The position numbers and the translations under genes are program-made. A stretch of DNA of 30,606 nucleotides from Octopus sinensis. Its lineage: Eukaryota. Where the stretch lies: the NCBI RefSeq assembly GCF_006345805.1, contig NW_021832696.1, positions 1 through 30,606 of the forward strand, read 5' to 3'. Below are positions 1-11,146 of this stretch, one piece after another (position 1 is the stretch's first letter; every line of letters starts with the position of its first letter). Under the pieces are notes generated by a model. That model was not told where the DNA came from, ran no database searches, and saw only the letters and a list, made by a program, of their open reading frames with translations.

Positions 1-159
1 TATGTATGTATGTATGTATGTATATGTGAGTGGGGTGAGGGTAGAGAGAACGAGTGGGAAGAGGATAAGAGCGGACAGAAATATATAACAAGTCAGACAC
101 TTAAAGATGGTCTCTGAAGGATAAAGACTTATTAATAAATGTAAAAAGGATTTAGTAAT

Positions 160-191
<32 letters not shown>

Positions 192-325
192 ATAGATCAA
201 CAAGAATAACAACAACGACGATGACGACGGCGACGATGGCGACTGTTTGCAATTATATCAATACCATTAACTTTTACGATGAATACTAATCCCGTCACTA
301 CCACCGACCCCGGCACCACCCCACC

Positions 326-357
<32 letters not shown>

Positions 358-970
358 CATCCACAACACCTTCAACAACATCTTCGACTCTACCATCGCC
401 GTCATCGCCAACACCGACATCAACATCAACAGCACCACAACACCACTAAAACTACACCAAATTCAACAACAACCACACTAACATCAACAGCACTAGAACA
501 ACCAACATCGACACCACCAACACCAGCAACAACAACAGCAGCCCCCCCCCCACCAACTAACACCACCACTACCATCCCCACTACCATCACCACCAACACC
601 ATCACCACCACCACCGCCATTACCACCACCAACACCGTCACCAACGCCACCAGCTACACATCAACAGCACCACTACCACCACCGCCGCCACCAACACCAC
701 ACGCAACAACGCCAACACCACCAATACCACCAGTGGAATCACCACCAACACCACTACAGCCACTAACAACAACATCCCCACCAACTCCTCTACCATCAAC
801 ACCACCAGTAAAATCGCCAACACCGCCACTACCATCACCACCACCAACAACAACAGCGACACCAACAGCGATAACATTACACCACCAGCAATAACGACAC
901 CAACACCAACATTACCATTGGCATCACCACCACCAACAACAACACGAACTAGGCACAACTACCATCGTAA
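160..970. repeat. (AAC)n microsatellite followed by a decayed CAC/CAA triplet low-complexity block
   Basis: Pure AAC run about 160-192, then interleaved CAC/CAA/CAT triplets to about 970. The Val/Gly-rich minus ORFs 426-650 and 638-958 are by-products. Confidence 0.9.
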
Positions 971-1065
971 CAAAACATCCATGAGTCCATTAGGACTAAC
1001 AACCTTCTCATCACAAACAACAAAATATTGACTACTACCACCACTATCACCACCACCATCATCAT

Positions 1066-1897
1066 CTTTACTGCCCACAAGGGGCTACACACAGAAGGGA
1101 CAGACAAGGACAGAGAAAGGGATTAAGTCGATTACATCGACCCCAGTGCGTAGCTGGTACTTACTTTATCGACCGCTAAAGGATGAAGGGCAAAGTCGAC
1201 CTCGGCAGAATTTGAACTCAAAACGTAGCGGCAGACGAAATACCACTAAGCATTTCACCCGGCGTGCTAACGTTTCCTATTACTTTATTGCCTAAACATA
1301 GAGAAGACAAACAAGGGCAGACAAAGGGATTAAATCGATTACATCGAACCCAATGCTTAACTGGTACTTAGTTTATCGACACCGAAGAGATGAAAGGCAA
1401 AGTCGACCTAGGCGAAATTTGAACTCAGAACAATGCGGCAGACAAAATACTTATTTCTTTACTACCCACAAGGGGCTAAACAAAGAGAGGACAAACAAGG
1501 ACTGACAGACGGATTAAGTCGATTACATTGACCCCAGTGCGTAACTGGTACTTAATTTATCGACCCCGAAAGGATGAGAGGCAAAGTCGACCGCGGCGGA
1601 AATTGAACCCAGAACGTAACGGCAGCCGAATTACAGCTACGCATTTCGCCCGGCGTGCTAACGATTCTTATTTCTTTACTGCCCTCAATGAGTTATACAC
1701 AGAGGGGACAAACAAGGACAGACAAAACGATTAAGTTGATTATATCGACTCCAGTGCGTAACTGGTACTTATTTAATCGACCACGAAAGGATGAAAGGCG
1801 AAGCCGACTTCGGCGGAATTTGAACTCAGAACGTAACGGCAAACGAAATACCGCTAAGCATTTCGCCCGGTGCGCTAACGATTCGACCAGCTCGCCT
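1066..1897 (-). mobile_element. SINE-A head-to-tail tetramer (tRNA-derived SINE)
   Basis: The minus strand starts GGCGAGCTGGTCGAATCGTTAGC (A-box-like) and carries GAGTTCAAATTCC (B-box-like). The shared body GTCGACTTTGCCTTTCATCCTTTCGGGGTCGATAAATTAAGTACCAG occurs four times. Junctions at 1275/6, 1449/50 and 1666/7. Confidence 0.9.
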
Positions 1898-2591
1898 CTC
1901 TGTGCGTCTGTATATACGTACGTATGTGTATATCTATGTGTGTGTGTGTGTGTGTGTTCGTCACCCATTAACCGGTGTTAGTTTGTTTATGTCACTGGTA
2001 ATGAGTGGTTCGTTAATAAAGGCTGACAAAAGAAGTACCAGGCTTTACAAAATTAAATACTGGGTTCGATTTGTTGACTTAAGCATTTCAAGATGGTGCC
2101 CCCGTATGGCCGTAGTCCAATGACTGAAGCAAGAAAACTGTTAAACTATGAAGAAAATGAAGGAGAAACTGCTGAACTGTTTGCCAAATGTAGATGAGTT
2201 TAAGAAAAACAGAAGATGATTTAACAATGGAATTCGAGAATTATTCTGTGTTTGACGTTGATTACTATCGCATTGTGTATTTAATCATAGAGTCACATTT
2301 TGGCGGAATGCCGACTGTGTCAACTCTGTGTGAGGGTGTGTTGTGTATGTGTGTGTGCTGTGTGTGTGTATGTATGTGTGTGCAGTGTATGTGTGTGTGT
2401 ATGTGTGTGTGTGTATTTATGTGTGTGTGCTTCTATCTATGTTCACGCGCATTTGTGTTTGTTTTGTCTGTGGACAAATGAACGCGCGAGGTATATAGCA
2501 ATATTTTTCATTCGTTCCGAATGTTATAAAATTTCTTTCTTATAATGAAAATAGCTTAAATGAAGATAGTTTAAATGAAATATAGTATATA

Positions 2592-3082
2592 ATAGATAGA
2601 TTGACATGTAGATAGATAAATAACTTTCTTAATTGGCAACACAGGGCTGGACACAGAGGGGACAATTACAAATGTAGAACTTTTCTTTTCGGAGATGAAA
2701 AAGGAAAAAGGAGAGAAAAAGGAAACAAATGTAAAATTTCGATCAATAGGGATCGGAATTTTTTAAAAAGCGATCAAAAGGGATCGTGTATCACAGAAAG
2801 AAAAGAAAGAATTTTTTTTCAAAGTAACAAACAAGATTAGGTTCTTCCGTGGAAAGAAAAACCTACAGAAAAGACCACGGTAACCTCAGGCAGGGAGGAA
2901 ATAAACACATGCGAGCAAAGTGCTCACTCTCTCGCTTTTACGATTTACAGGATCATGCTCAAAGTGGTTTCGTCACTCGCACGCACCATCTTTGCTACAT
3001 TCACCCACCTTTTTTTGAAACTTTCATGAGACAAAACCTGCCTTTCCATTTTCACCTTCCTTTTCAAGTGGTATTTGAAAAA
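2592..3082 (-). mobile_element. 5'-truncated Tx1/L1-type LINE 3' end: ORF2 C-terminus, 3'UTR and decayed (TATC)n tail
   Basis: Minus 3082-2945 translates FFKYHLKRKVKMERQVLSHESFKKRWVNVAKMVRASDETTLSMIL*, resembling Tx1 ORF2 C-termini (F..RW). The 3'UTR is homologous to 3214-3583 and ends in TATC-like repeats about 2592-2620. Confidence 0.7.
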
Positions 3083-3083
3083 G

Positions 3084-3172
<89 letters not shown>

Positions 3173-3213
3173 CAGACAAATCGATACATAGACAGACAGG
3201 TAGATAGATAGAT
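3083..3213. repeat. (GATA)n microsatellite
   Basis: Direct tetranucleotide run with GACA variants. Confidence 0.97.
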
Positions 3214-3583
3214 ATGTTTCTTTATTAGCCACACAGGGCTGCACACAGATAGAACAAATTACAAGGTAGAGCTTTTCTTTTGAAGGTTTAAAAAAAAAAA
3301 AAAAGGAAGGGGGAGTTTCGATCAAAAGGGATCGTAAAAGGAGAGAAAGAGGACAAAAAAAGGGGGGTTAAAAAAAAGGGGAAGAGGAAAAAAATTGATC
3401 AATAGGGATCGTTATCACAGAAATGTCAATATGAAGTGTAAAGGGGGGGACAGGTGAGGTTTCCGTGGAAAGAAAAGCCTACGGAAAGACCACGGTAACC
3501 TCGGTCAATGAAGTCACATTTTATATTTCTTTTTTTTTTTTTTTTGCAAATAAGCAACTCTCTGTTTTCGATTTTTGGGTTCA
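3214..3583 (-). mobile_element. Second, diverged Tx1/L1-type 3'UTR copy with AATAAA and (TATC)n tail
   Basis: Shares CCGTGGAAAGAAAA..CCTAC.GAAAGACCACGGTAACCTC (3463-3502 vs 2847-2886), ACACAGGGCTG and two GATCAA(T/A)AGGGATCG motifs with 2625-2945. Minus-strand AATAAA at 3221-3226 lies just before the TATC tract. Confidence 0.7.
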
Positions 3584-3728
3584 TAGATAGATAGATAGAG
3601 ATACATACATACATACTACATACATACATACATACATACATACATACATACATACATACATGCATACATATGTAGGCAGAGAGAGGAGGAAGAGACAAAC
3701 AGACAGACAGATAGACAGACAGAGAATC

Positions 3729-3819
<91 letters not shown>

Positions 3820-3828
3820 CATACATAC

Positions 3829-3914
<86 letters not shown>
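3584..3914. repeat. Compound (GATA)/(CATA)/(GACA)n microsatellite
   Basis: Direct tetranucleotide runs. Confidence 0.97.
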
Positions 3915-4826
3915 TGGTATGAGAACAGAAAATTCCATTTGAAGGTCTCCAGCGAAAGTGGCAGACAACTTATGTGATCCATTCCAGAAGTTTTGGTATT
4001 ATTTTCGGAGTGCCAATTATAACTGCCCAAGTTTATAGCAATTTTAGTATATCATTACAATACATCAAATAAGTTGACCAGCCGACTTTTTTTTCAAAAT
4101 TCTGGGTTGGAGGGACGTCACTTTTAACACACCGTATTACATACAACTTGTCGCAGCTGACAAGTTTTGCTGAATGCACCCGGAACTAGAAGACAAATTA
4201 ATAAATGTCACTTCTGCAAGTGTCTGAAAACTTCTAGAATGGGTCAAAGTGGAAAAGAGCGCAAAAAGGAATTATAAGCGCAATGTGAACAGCGATGTAT
4301 AACAACATTCTGTAGTTTAGTAGATACAGGTAGCACAGGTGATATATGCATATATATATTTTTTATGACCATATCTAGCCATGAGCTGTCAACTCACTCT
4401 TGTACTTTATTTAATATATTCACAGTCTTCTAGTCTTAGATTTAATAGTGGATAAAGAGATAAATGAATTACAATCCCCTACAACCATATGATCCCACTA
4501 TACTCCATGCGATTCTTAAAGTGTAGTCTATTCTTAGCTACAATAGCGACATGACTTTCTTCCATCTTCTTGCTCTGTCATAATATTTGAGAAAAATTAT
4601 ATTAATATTTTCTATTTGTTAAAATTCCTTTATTTATTTGGACAACTGATGATGGCACTACATTTAAATTGATGTAATGTTTGCATTGTTCAATTAACTG
4701 GAGTCGCTTGAAAAGGTCGTATTACATCTCTACTTAATATCTTGTTGCTCATTTTAATTATGTGTGTTGTTTAGTGTGCATATATATATGTATGTAGCAT
4801 ATATATATGTATGTATGTATGTATAT

Positions 4827-4862
<36 letters not shown>

Positions 4863-4883
4863 ATAATAATATATATATATATA

Positions 4884-4912
4884 GGCGCAGGCGTGGTAAG
4901 AAGCTTGCTTCC
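4884..4912 (+). mobile_element. SINE-B head fragment
   Basis: GGCGCAGGCGTGGTAAGAAGCTTGCTTCC matches the start of the SINE-B copy at 28226 (GGCGTAGGAGTTGCTGTATGGTAAGTAGCTTGCTT) with a deletion. Confidence 0.55.
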
Positions 4913-5129
4913 GTATAAAGCGTTTTGTTTAATTTTACTGCGGTCTTTGTGAATAACACACTTGATTTTTGTTTATCTTGGCGGTGCGACATTTTTCCTC
5001 TTGTTTAAAGGAGGGGCGTCGTGTGAGGAGCTGGGAAGGCTTGAATTGTTCAGACTTTGTAAACTACCCTTCTTCGGATTTTGTATCTTCTGAGGAGAAG
5101 TGTTTAAAAAAAATTAACGAGATAATGGA

Positions 5130-5905
5130 CTGCAAGAGGTTATGCTGCAGTGGTAGAAGTAAAGAGTGAATATATAAGTTTGGAAGACTTAAGTAAATTT
5201 TTTTAAATGCTTAAAAGGGAGGGTAATGACGTGAAACTGTGTCCCCTACCCGCCCCAAGAAGTTTTAAAGAAGAAAGAAGAAAGATCAATAATTTACAGG
5301 ACGTATTCTGTAGCAGCAAAGAAAATTGAAGCCATGTCGATGGCGCAAGTAGAAAAAGGTCTTAGACCACTCTGGCACGGGATTTCCTAACTTGCCAGAA
5401 TAAAAAAGTTTGGAATGGTGGAAGTACCGTTCCAGCAGGTAGCTACAAAACAGTTACTCATGATGGTAGTCTATATATATAATTTGTGGGGTCAAATTTA
5501 TTAATCATGTTTCGGTTGACTGGGACTTAAACTTTAACCTCTCAGTCAATCAGGTAACCATTTGTTGCATTGGACAGAGGAGGCATACAGTTGAGCAATT
5601 TAGCGCCCCAAAAAACCAACGGTAACACCGTTATGAACTGATGAAGTCGTTCTTGTACCCGTATACCTTGGGAGACGTGCTTCTAGAGTTAAGCTAGTGG
5701 AAATACCTCCAGAAGTGGATGTAGTCTGGCTGGTAGCTGCCATACTGCTAGGTATGGAGGAGGAGGTGGTGGTCTTCCAGGCCACCAGAACACCCCACAG
5801 GAACTGTCAAAGATAATGCCTTGATATGGTGGAACAATTTGTAGAAGATATTGAAAAGATGGTCGAGACCATCACATTCGGAGATATAACATTGAAAGTC
5901 AGAGT
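5130..5905 (+). pseudogene. Degraded non-LTR retrotransposon ORF1-like remnant (probably Tx1/L1 clade)
   Basis: Broken frames give EVLKKKEERSIIYRTYSVAAKKIEAMSMAQVEKGLRPLWHGIS*LARIKKFGMVEVPF and EVVLVPVYLGRRASRVKLVEIPPEVDVVWLVAAILLGMEEEVVVFQATRTPHRNCQR*CLDMVEQFVEDIEKMVETITFGDITLKVRV, with stops and frameshifts. Clade assignment is from recalled similarity only. Confidence 0.5.
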
Positions 5906-6185
5906 GAGAGAGAGAGAGAGAGAGAGAGAAAAAAGAGAGGAAGCGAGTGTACTCTTCGGTGATGGCAAGATCTACAAAATGTTTGCTCCATCTGGTGAGA
6001 GATAAATATTATTTAATATGTTTTTTATGTGTTACTATTAGTTACATATGCTGAAAGCATGCCAGATAGTATTTTTTAACACGTCTCAAGATTTTGCTAG
6101 GACACAAGATGCGTAAAAAATACTGTCTGACATACTCTCGGCATAGGAAACTAATCATACACATAAAAAATATATTGTGTTTATT

Positions 6186-6226
<41 letters not shown>

Positions 6227-6548
6227 CACACGCACCTAATATATATATATATATATTATATATAATATATATATATATATATAATATATATATATATATA
6301 TACACCTATATATATATACGGTGCTTACAAGATAATTCCAAAAATAATATTCGTAATCTTCATAGCACATTCGCTCTAGTACATGGAGCTTCATCAAAGT
6401 GAATACAAATACATGAAATAAAAGAAGGGAAAAGGGAAGAGGAAAGAACAGATGAGCCAAGAAGGTTCAATATATTAGAATCATACCATTTTGCAGCGTG
6501 AAGCTTGAAGTCAATAGGCATAAGAGTGAACTAGCACCTGCGTGTTTG

Positions 6549-6670
6549 TATTTTTAGCAGCATTAACGGAGTGACTCAAGGTTTGAGAGTTTCGTGCGTT
6601 GGTACTTCGTAAGTGCCAACGCACGAAATTCTAGGACCTCCTTGAATCACTCCGTTATTTCTGCTAAATA
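6549..6670. mobile_element. About 120-bp fold-back (palindromic) element, probably a MITE
   Basis: 6553-6607 is the reverse complement of 6611-6668, apart from an internal loop and a few mismatches. Central loop CGT at 6608-6610. Confidence 0.7.
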
Positions 6671-7295
6671 TTAATAAAAAATATACATATACTTAATTTT
6701 TGAATTCTATTTTTCCCCTTTTGCATCAACACACCAACACACATATATAGTGTTAACATACACACATACCTTTATGCATTATACATATAAATATATATGT
6801 ATGACTATGTATATTCATATTATGTCTGTGTGTATGTGTGAGTGTGTTTGTGTGTGTGTGTACGTTTGTATGCATGTTTAGTAATTACTCTAGGAAGATC
6901 ATTTTCATATAGGGAATGCAATATTCATATTTTAATCTACCAACCAATATGTCAAACATATTTATTCTTTCTTATTATTTTCGCCATTATTTACATTTTA
7001 CCTCCTTCGTTTTACTTTCATTTTCACTATCTCTATATTGCAGTATTATTATATGTTACAGTTATTGTCGCTGTTGAAGTTGTTGTTGTTGTTGTTTTTG
7101 TTGTTAGTGGTGGTGGTGGTGGTGGTGGTGGTACGGTTTCTTGGTCTTCGGCATCTTTGCATTTCTATTCGCATTTAATATCGATGAAAATTTATTTCAT
7201 GATGATGATGTTGATGATGATGATCACTACCGTGATCGTGATTATGCTGCTGTTGCTACTCCTTGTGTCACTGCTGCTGCTGTTAAAATTAAACT

Positions 7296-7327
<32 letters not shown>

Positions 7328-7366
7328 CAAGTTAAGCAGAGTTTGTGGTTGGAATAACCGTCTAAG

Positions 7367-7768
7367 GTTAGCACGCTGGGCGAAATGCGTAGCTGTATTT
7401 CGTCTGTCGTCACGTTCCGAGTTCAAATTCCGCCGAGGTCGACTTGCCTTACACATCCTTTCGGGGTCGATAAATTAAGTACCATTTACACACTGGGTCG
7501 ATATAATCGACTTAATCCGTTGTCTCTGTCCTTGTTTGTCTCCCTGTGTTTAACCCTTGTGGATAGTAAAGAAATAGGTTTTCGTCTGTCGTCACGTTTC
7601 CGAGTTCAAATTCCGCAAATTCCGCCGGGTCGACTTTGCCTTACATCCTTTCGGGGTCGATAAATTAAGTACCAGTTACACACTGGGGTCGATATAATCG
7701 ACTTAATCCGTTTGTCTGTCCTTGTTTGTCCCGTCTGTGTTTAGCCCCTTGTGGGTAGTAAAGAAATA
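7367..7768 (+). mobile_element. SINE-A head-to-tail dimer
   Basis: GTTAGCACGCTGGGCGAAATGC head, B-box-like GAGTTCAAATTCC twice, junction GAAATAGG|TTTTCGTC at 7578/9, ends GTAAAGAAATA before (TA)n. Confidence 0.9.
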
Positions 7769-7911
7769 TATATATATATACCATTTTTTCAGATGGCCGG
7801 ATAACTGAAGAGAATGGCAGCGTGGATTTCCACCCCGACATCCGTGACTTGGAGTTTTGTCATGGCTACCGAATAATTGTCACATATTATATTCACAGAT
7901 ATATATATATA

Positions 7912-8291
7912 CTCATTTGACTGTGGCCATGCAGGAGCAACGCCTTTAGTCGAGCAAATCGAGCCCAGGATTTATTTTTTGGAAGACTAGTACTTATTCT
8001 ATCTGTCACTTTTGTCGAACCGCTAAGTTACGGGGACGTAAACACACCAGCATCGGTTGTCAAGCGATGTTGGGAGGACAAACGCAGACACACAAACACA
8101 CACACATATATATATATATGCATATATACGACGGGCTTCTTTCAGTTTCCGTATGCCAAATCTACTGACAAGGCTTTGGTCGGCCCGAGGCTATAGTAGA
8201 AGACACTTGTCTAAGGTGCCACGCAGTGGGACTGAACCCGGAACTATGTGGTTGGTAAACAAGCTACTTAACACACAGCCACTTCTACGCC
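7912..8291 (-). mobile_element. SINE-B, near full length (tRNA head, CORE-like GGCACCTT.G.CAAGT motif, internal TA/TG microsatellite)
   Basis: Reverse complement is colinear with 28226-28658. A-box-like TGGCTGTGTGTT and B-box-like GGTTCAGTCCC. Confidence 0.9.
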
Positions 8292-8399
8292 TATAAAAAT
8301 ATACACTTACATTGATATATACACACACATACACGCGCTATATGTTGAACGAATGAAAGCAATACACTCTACTTGGCACCCTCTCTCTCTCTCTTTCCG

Positions 8400-8711
8400 T
8401 ATATTTATGTGTGTGAATGTACATATACTGTAATACTGTATATATGTATAGATATATATATATATATATATATTATATATTATATAATATATAGATATAT
8501 ATATATAATATATATATATATATAATATATATATATATTCATTTGTATATGGGAGTTTGAATATATGGTTCTGTGTGTGGTGTAACGTGTGTAGATATGC
8601 ATGTTTTTAGATACATCCACACACACATGCACGCACGCATATATGTTTGTGTGTGTGTCTGTTTGCTTATATCTATATGTGCTTGTGTTGTGTGTGTGTG
8701 TGTGTGTGTGA

Positions 8712-8752
<41 letters not shown>

Positions 8753-9082
8753 TGTAGTAAGAAAGCAAAAGTGAAAGGGATACATACGTGAGATAGGAAA
8801 AGGAACGGCAAAGTAGCTCAATTTTGCATCATAGGAAAGAAAGCAATTCTGCTGGAGCCAATTTAAAAAAAAAAACGATCTTTGATGAGGATGGCGATAT
8901 GGAAACTGTATTGTTGTTGGCTTAAAGATGGTGTGACAAAATATAGAGATTATTGGAGTTATTGGATAGGTGGCCTATGTGTGTGAGTGCGTATGTATGT
9001 GAGTCCGTATGTTTTGTGTCTACGTTTGTGTGTAGTTTTATATATATATATATTACGCATATATACATTTTTATACATGAAA

Positions 9083-9127
<45 letters not shown>

Positions 9128-9610
9128 AACTATATATATATATTTACCGTACACCTATACATATATTATATGCAGCAACGTAGAGGTGTACATACACACA
9201 AATGTATATATAATATTATATACATACACACGTATGTATATATATATATATCTATATATATATATAAATCATATACATATATGTATTGTATATATATGTG
9301 TATGTATATATATATATATATATGGGATATGCGTGTATGTGGCAGGGTGCAATTTGAGTTCAACTGTGTGTGTATGTATATATATTATATGTGTGTGTGT
9401 TTGTGTGTGCTCACGCGTGCGTGTGTATATGTATGTATTTATATGTATATATTATTTTCTTTATGTGTGTATATATACATATGTATATATATATTACATA
9501 TGCATATATATATATGTATACATATATATATTATATATATATAATATATATATGATATATATATATATATAATAATCTATATATATATATATATATGTAT
9601 GTATGTTATG
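8400..9610. repeat. (TA)n/(TG)n mosaic low-complexity region
   Basis: Dinucleotide runs 8410-8755 and 8980-9610. All YI/CV-rich ORFs here are artefacts. Confidence 0.9.
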
Positions 9611-10084
9611 TAAATTCCAATGAAGTCGGAGTTTGGAGTGATGGCATCTATAGTAGATGCATAACGATAGTGGAGAAGGGTATTTTGTGTGAGACAGATG
9701 CAGGGAGGGAGTTCAAAGAGAGAGAGATGGTGAACTGAAATAGGAAATAAATACCAGATAGATACGTAGATACTAAGAGAGAGAGAGAGAGAGAGAGAAA
9801 GTGAGAGAGGGTGAGAGTGAAGTCGTTGTGAAATTGTGAGTAAAGAATGGAGAGGAGAGCGAGAATAAGGGAGGTAATATTACATTCAATAAGTGGTTTG
9901 ATTTCTCTTGGGAACCGGCGGTCGTTAAAAACAATAGTGAGTGAAGCCGGGGCAAACGTATATACGGAAAACAACATCAACTACTACAACAACAACAGCA
10001 ACAATAACTGGACGACGACTGAAGCAAAAAAAAAAAAACAGAAATGAGAATAGTGTATATAAGGAATGTATACAGTAAGAGTAA

Positions 10085-10570
10085 TAATATCAACAGGAGG
10101 AGAAGGAGAAGACGAAAGAGAAGGAGATGCAGAAGGGGGAAAGGAAGGAAGAGACGAAGGAGATGAAAGAGAAGATGAATGAAGAGGAGGAGGTGAAGGA
10201 GGCAGGAGAAGACGGAGAAAGGTAGGAGAAAATGATGGAATAGAAAAGAAGAGGATGTGGGGAAGAAGAAGAAGAAGAAGAAGAAGAAGAAGAAGAAGAA
10301 GAAGAAGAAGAAGAAGGATGAGCAAGAGGAGGAGCAGGAGGAGGAGAGAAGAAGAAGAAGAAGAAGAAGAAGAAGAAGAAGGAAGAAGAAAGAAAAAGGT
10401 AAGACAAAAAGAAGAAGAAGAAGAAGCAGAAGAAGAAGAAGAAGAAGAAAGAAGAAGAAAGAAGAAGAAAGAAGAAAGAAGAAGAAGAAGAAGAAGAAGA
10501 AGAAGAAGAAGAAGAAGAACAACAACAACAACAACAGGCACAACAACAAAAACGAAAACAACAACGACAT
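10085..10570. repeat. Polypurine (GAA)n/(GGA)n tract followed by (AAC)n
   Basis: Long GAA runs at 10261-10315, 10345-10380 and 10410-10518. Confidence 0.95.
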
Positions 10571-10978
10571 TAGTTACAAGAAAAAGAAGACGAAGCAGAA
10601 GAGAAAGGAGATGAAACAAAAGGTGAAGAAATGAAAGACACCAACCACAGCGGTAAAAAAAAAAGCAGCAAAAACCATAGCGGCAACTGAACAAAAACAA
10701 GAGCAAAAAACAATATCCGCAATACTAACACCACCACCAACGACAAAACACACACACAAAAAAAATAATAGCAAAGCATATGTACGGCAAAAGCCACCTG
10801 TATAAACACAAATAATGGTAGTGAAAAAACAATAATGAAAATATAAGATTTAGGTTTAAGCAACAACAACAGTAACAACGACACAAACATCCACGAAACA
10901 GCGGTAAGGGAATGTACTGTTATCAGAAATATACTAATATTCGGCAAACAACAATACCATAGGAACAATAATAATGTA

Positions 10979-11017
10979 AGTAGTAGTAGTAGTAGTAGTA
11001 GTATAGTAGTAGTAGTA

Positions 11018-11055
<38 letters not shown>

Positions 11056-11075
11056 TAGTAGTAGTAGTAGTGATG
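10979..11075. repeat. (AGT)n microsatellite
   Basis: Direct trinucleotide run. Confidence 0.95.
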
Positions 11076-11146
11076 ATAATGTAAATTATATTAATTATAT
11101 CGTAATGTATTGATAGTATTCAACAACAACAACAACTATAATATCA

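Noticed and set aside
1450-1666. Self-cleaving hammerhead inside the SINE-A unit (retrozyme model)
   Set aside because: No CUGANGA...GAAA core on either strand; only short hairpins (CCAGT-TACGC-ACTGG, GTCGAT-N3-ATCGAC). Other ribozyme classes cannot be excluded without an Infernal scan.
1066-1897. CRISPR-like or satellite array
   Set aside because: The units are 170-230-bp SINE bodies with no unique spacers, in a eukaryotic context.
4080-4340. Possible DNA-transposon remnant ending ...ACACACCGTA
   Set aside because: No partner inverted repeat or TSD found.
9895-9937. Possible exon WFDFSWEPAVVKNN with a GTGAGT donor
   Set aside because: Acceptor context is purine-rich and weak; too short to support.
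9977-10706. Poly-K/R/E and poly-L/F/S ORFs
   Set aside because: Translations of (GAA)n.
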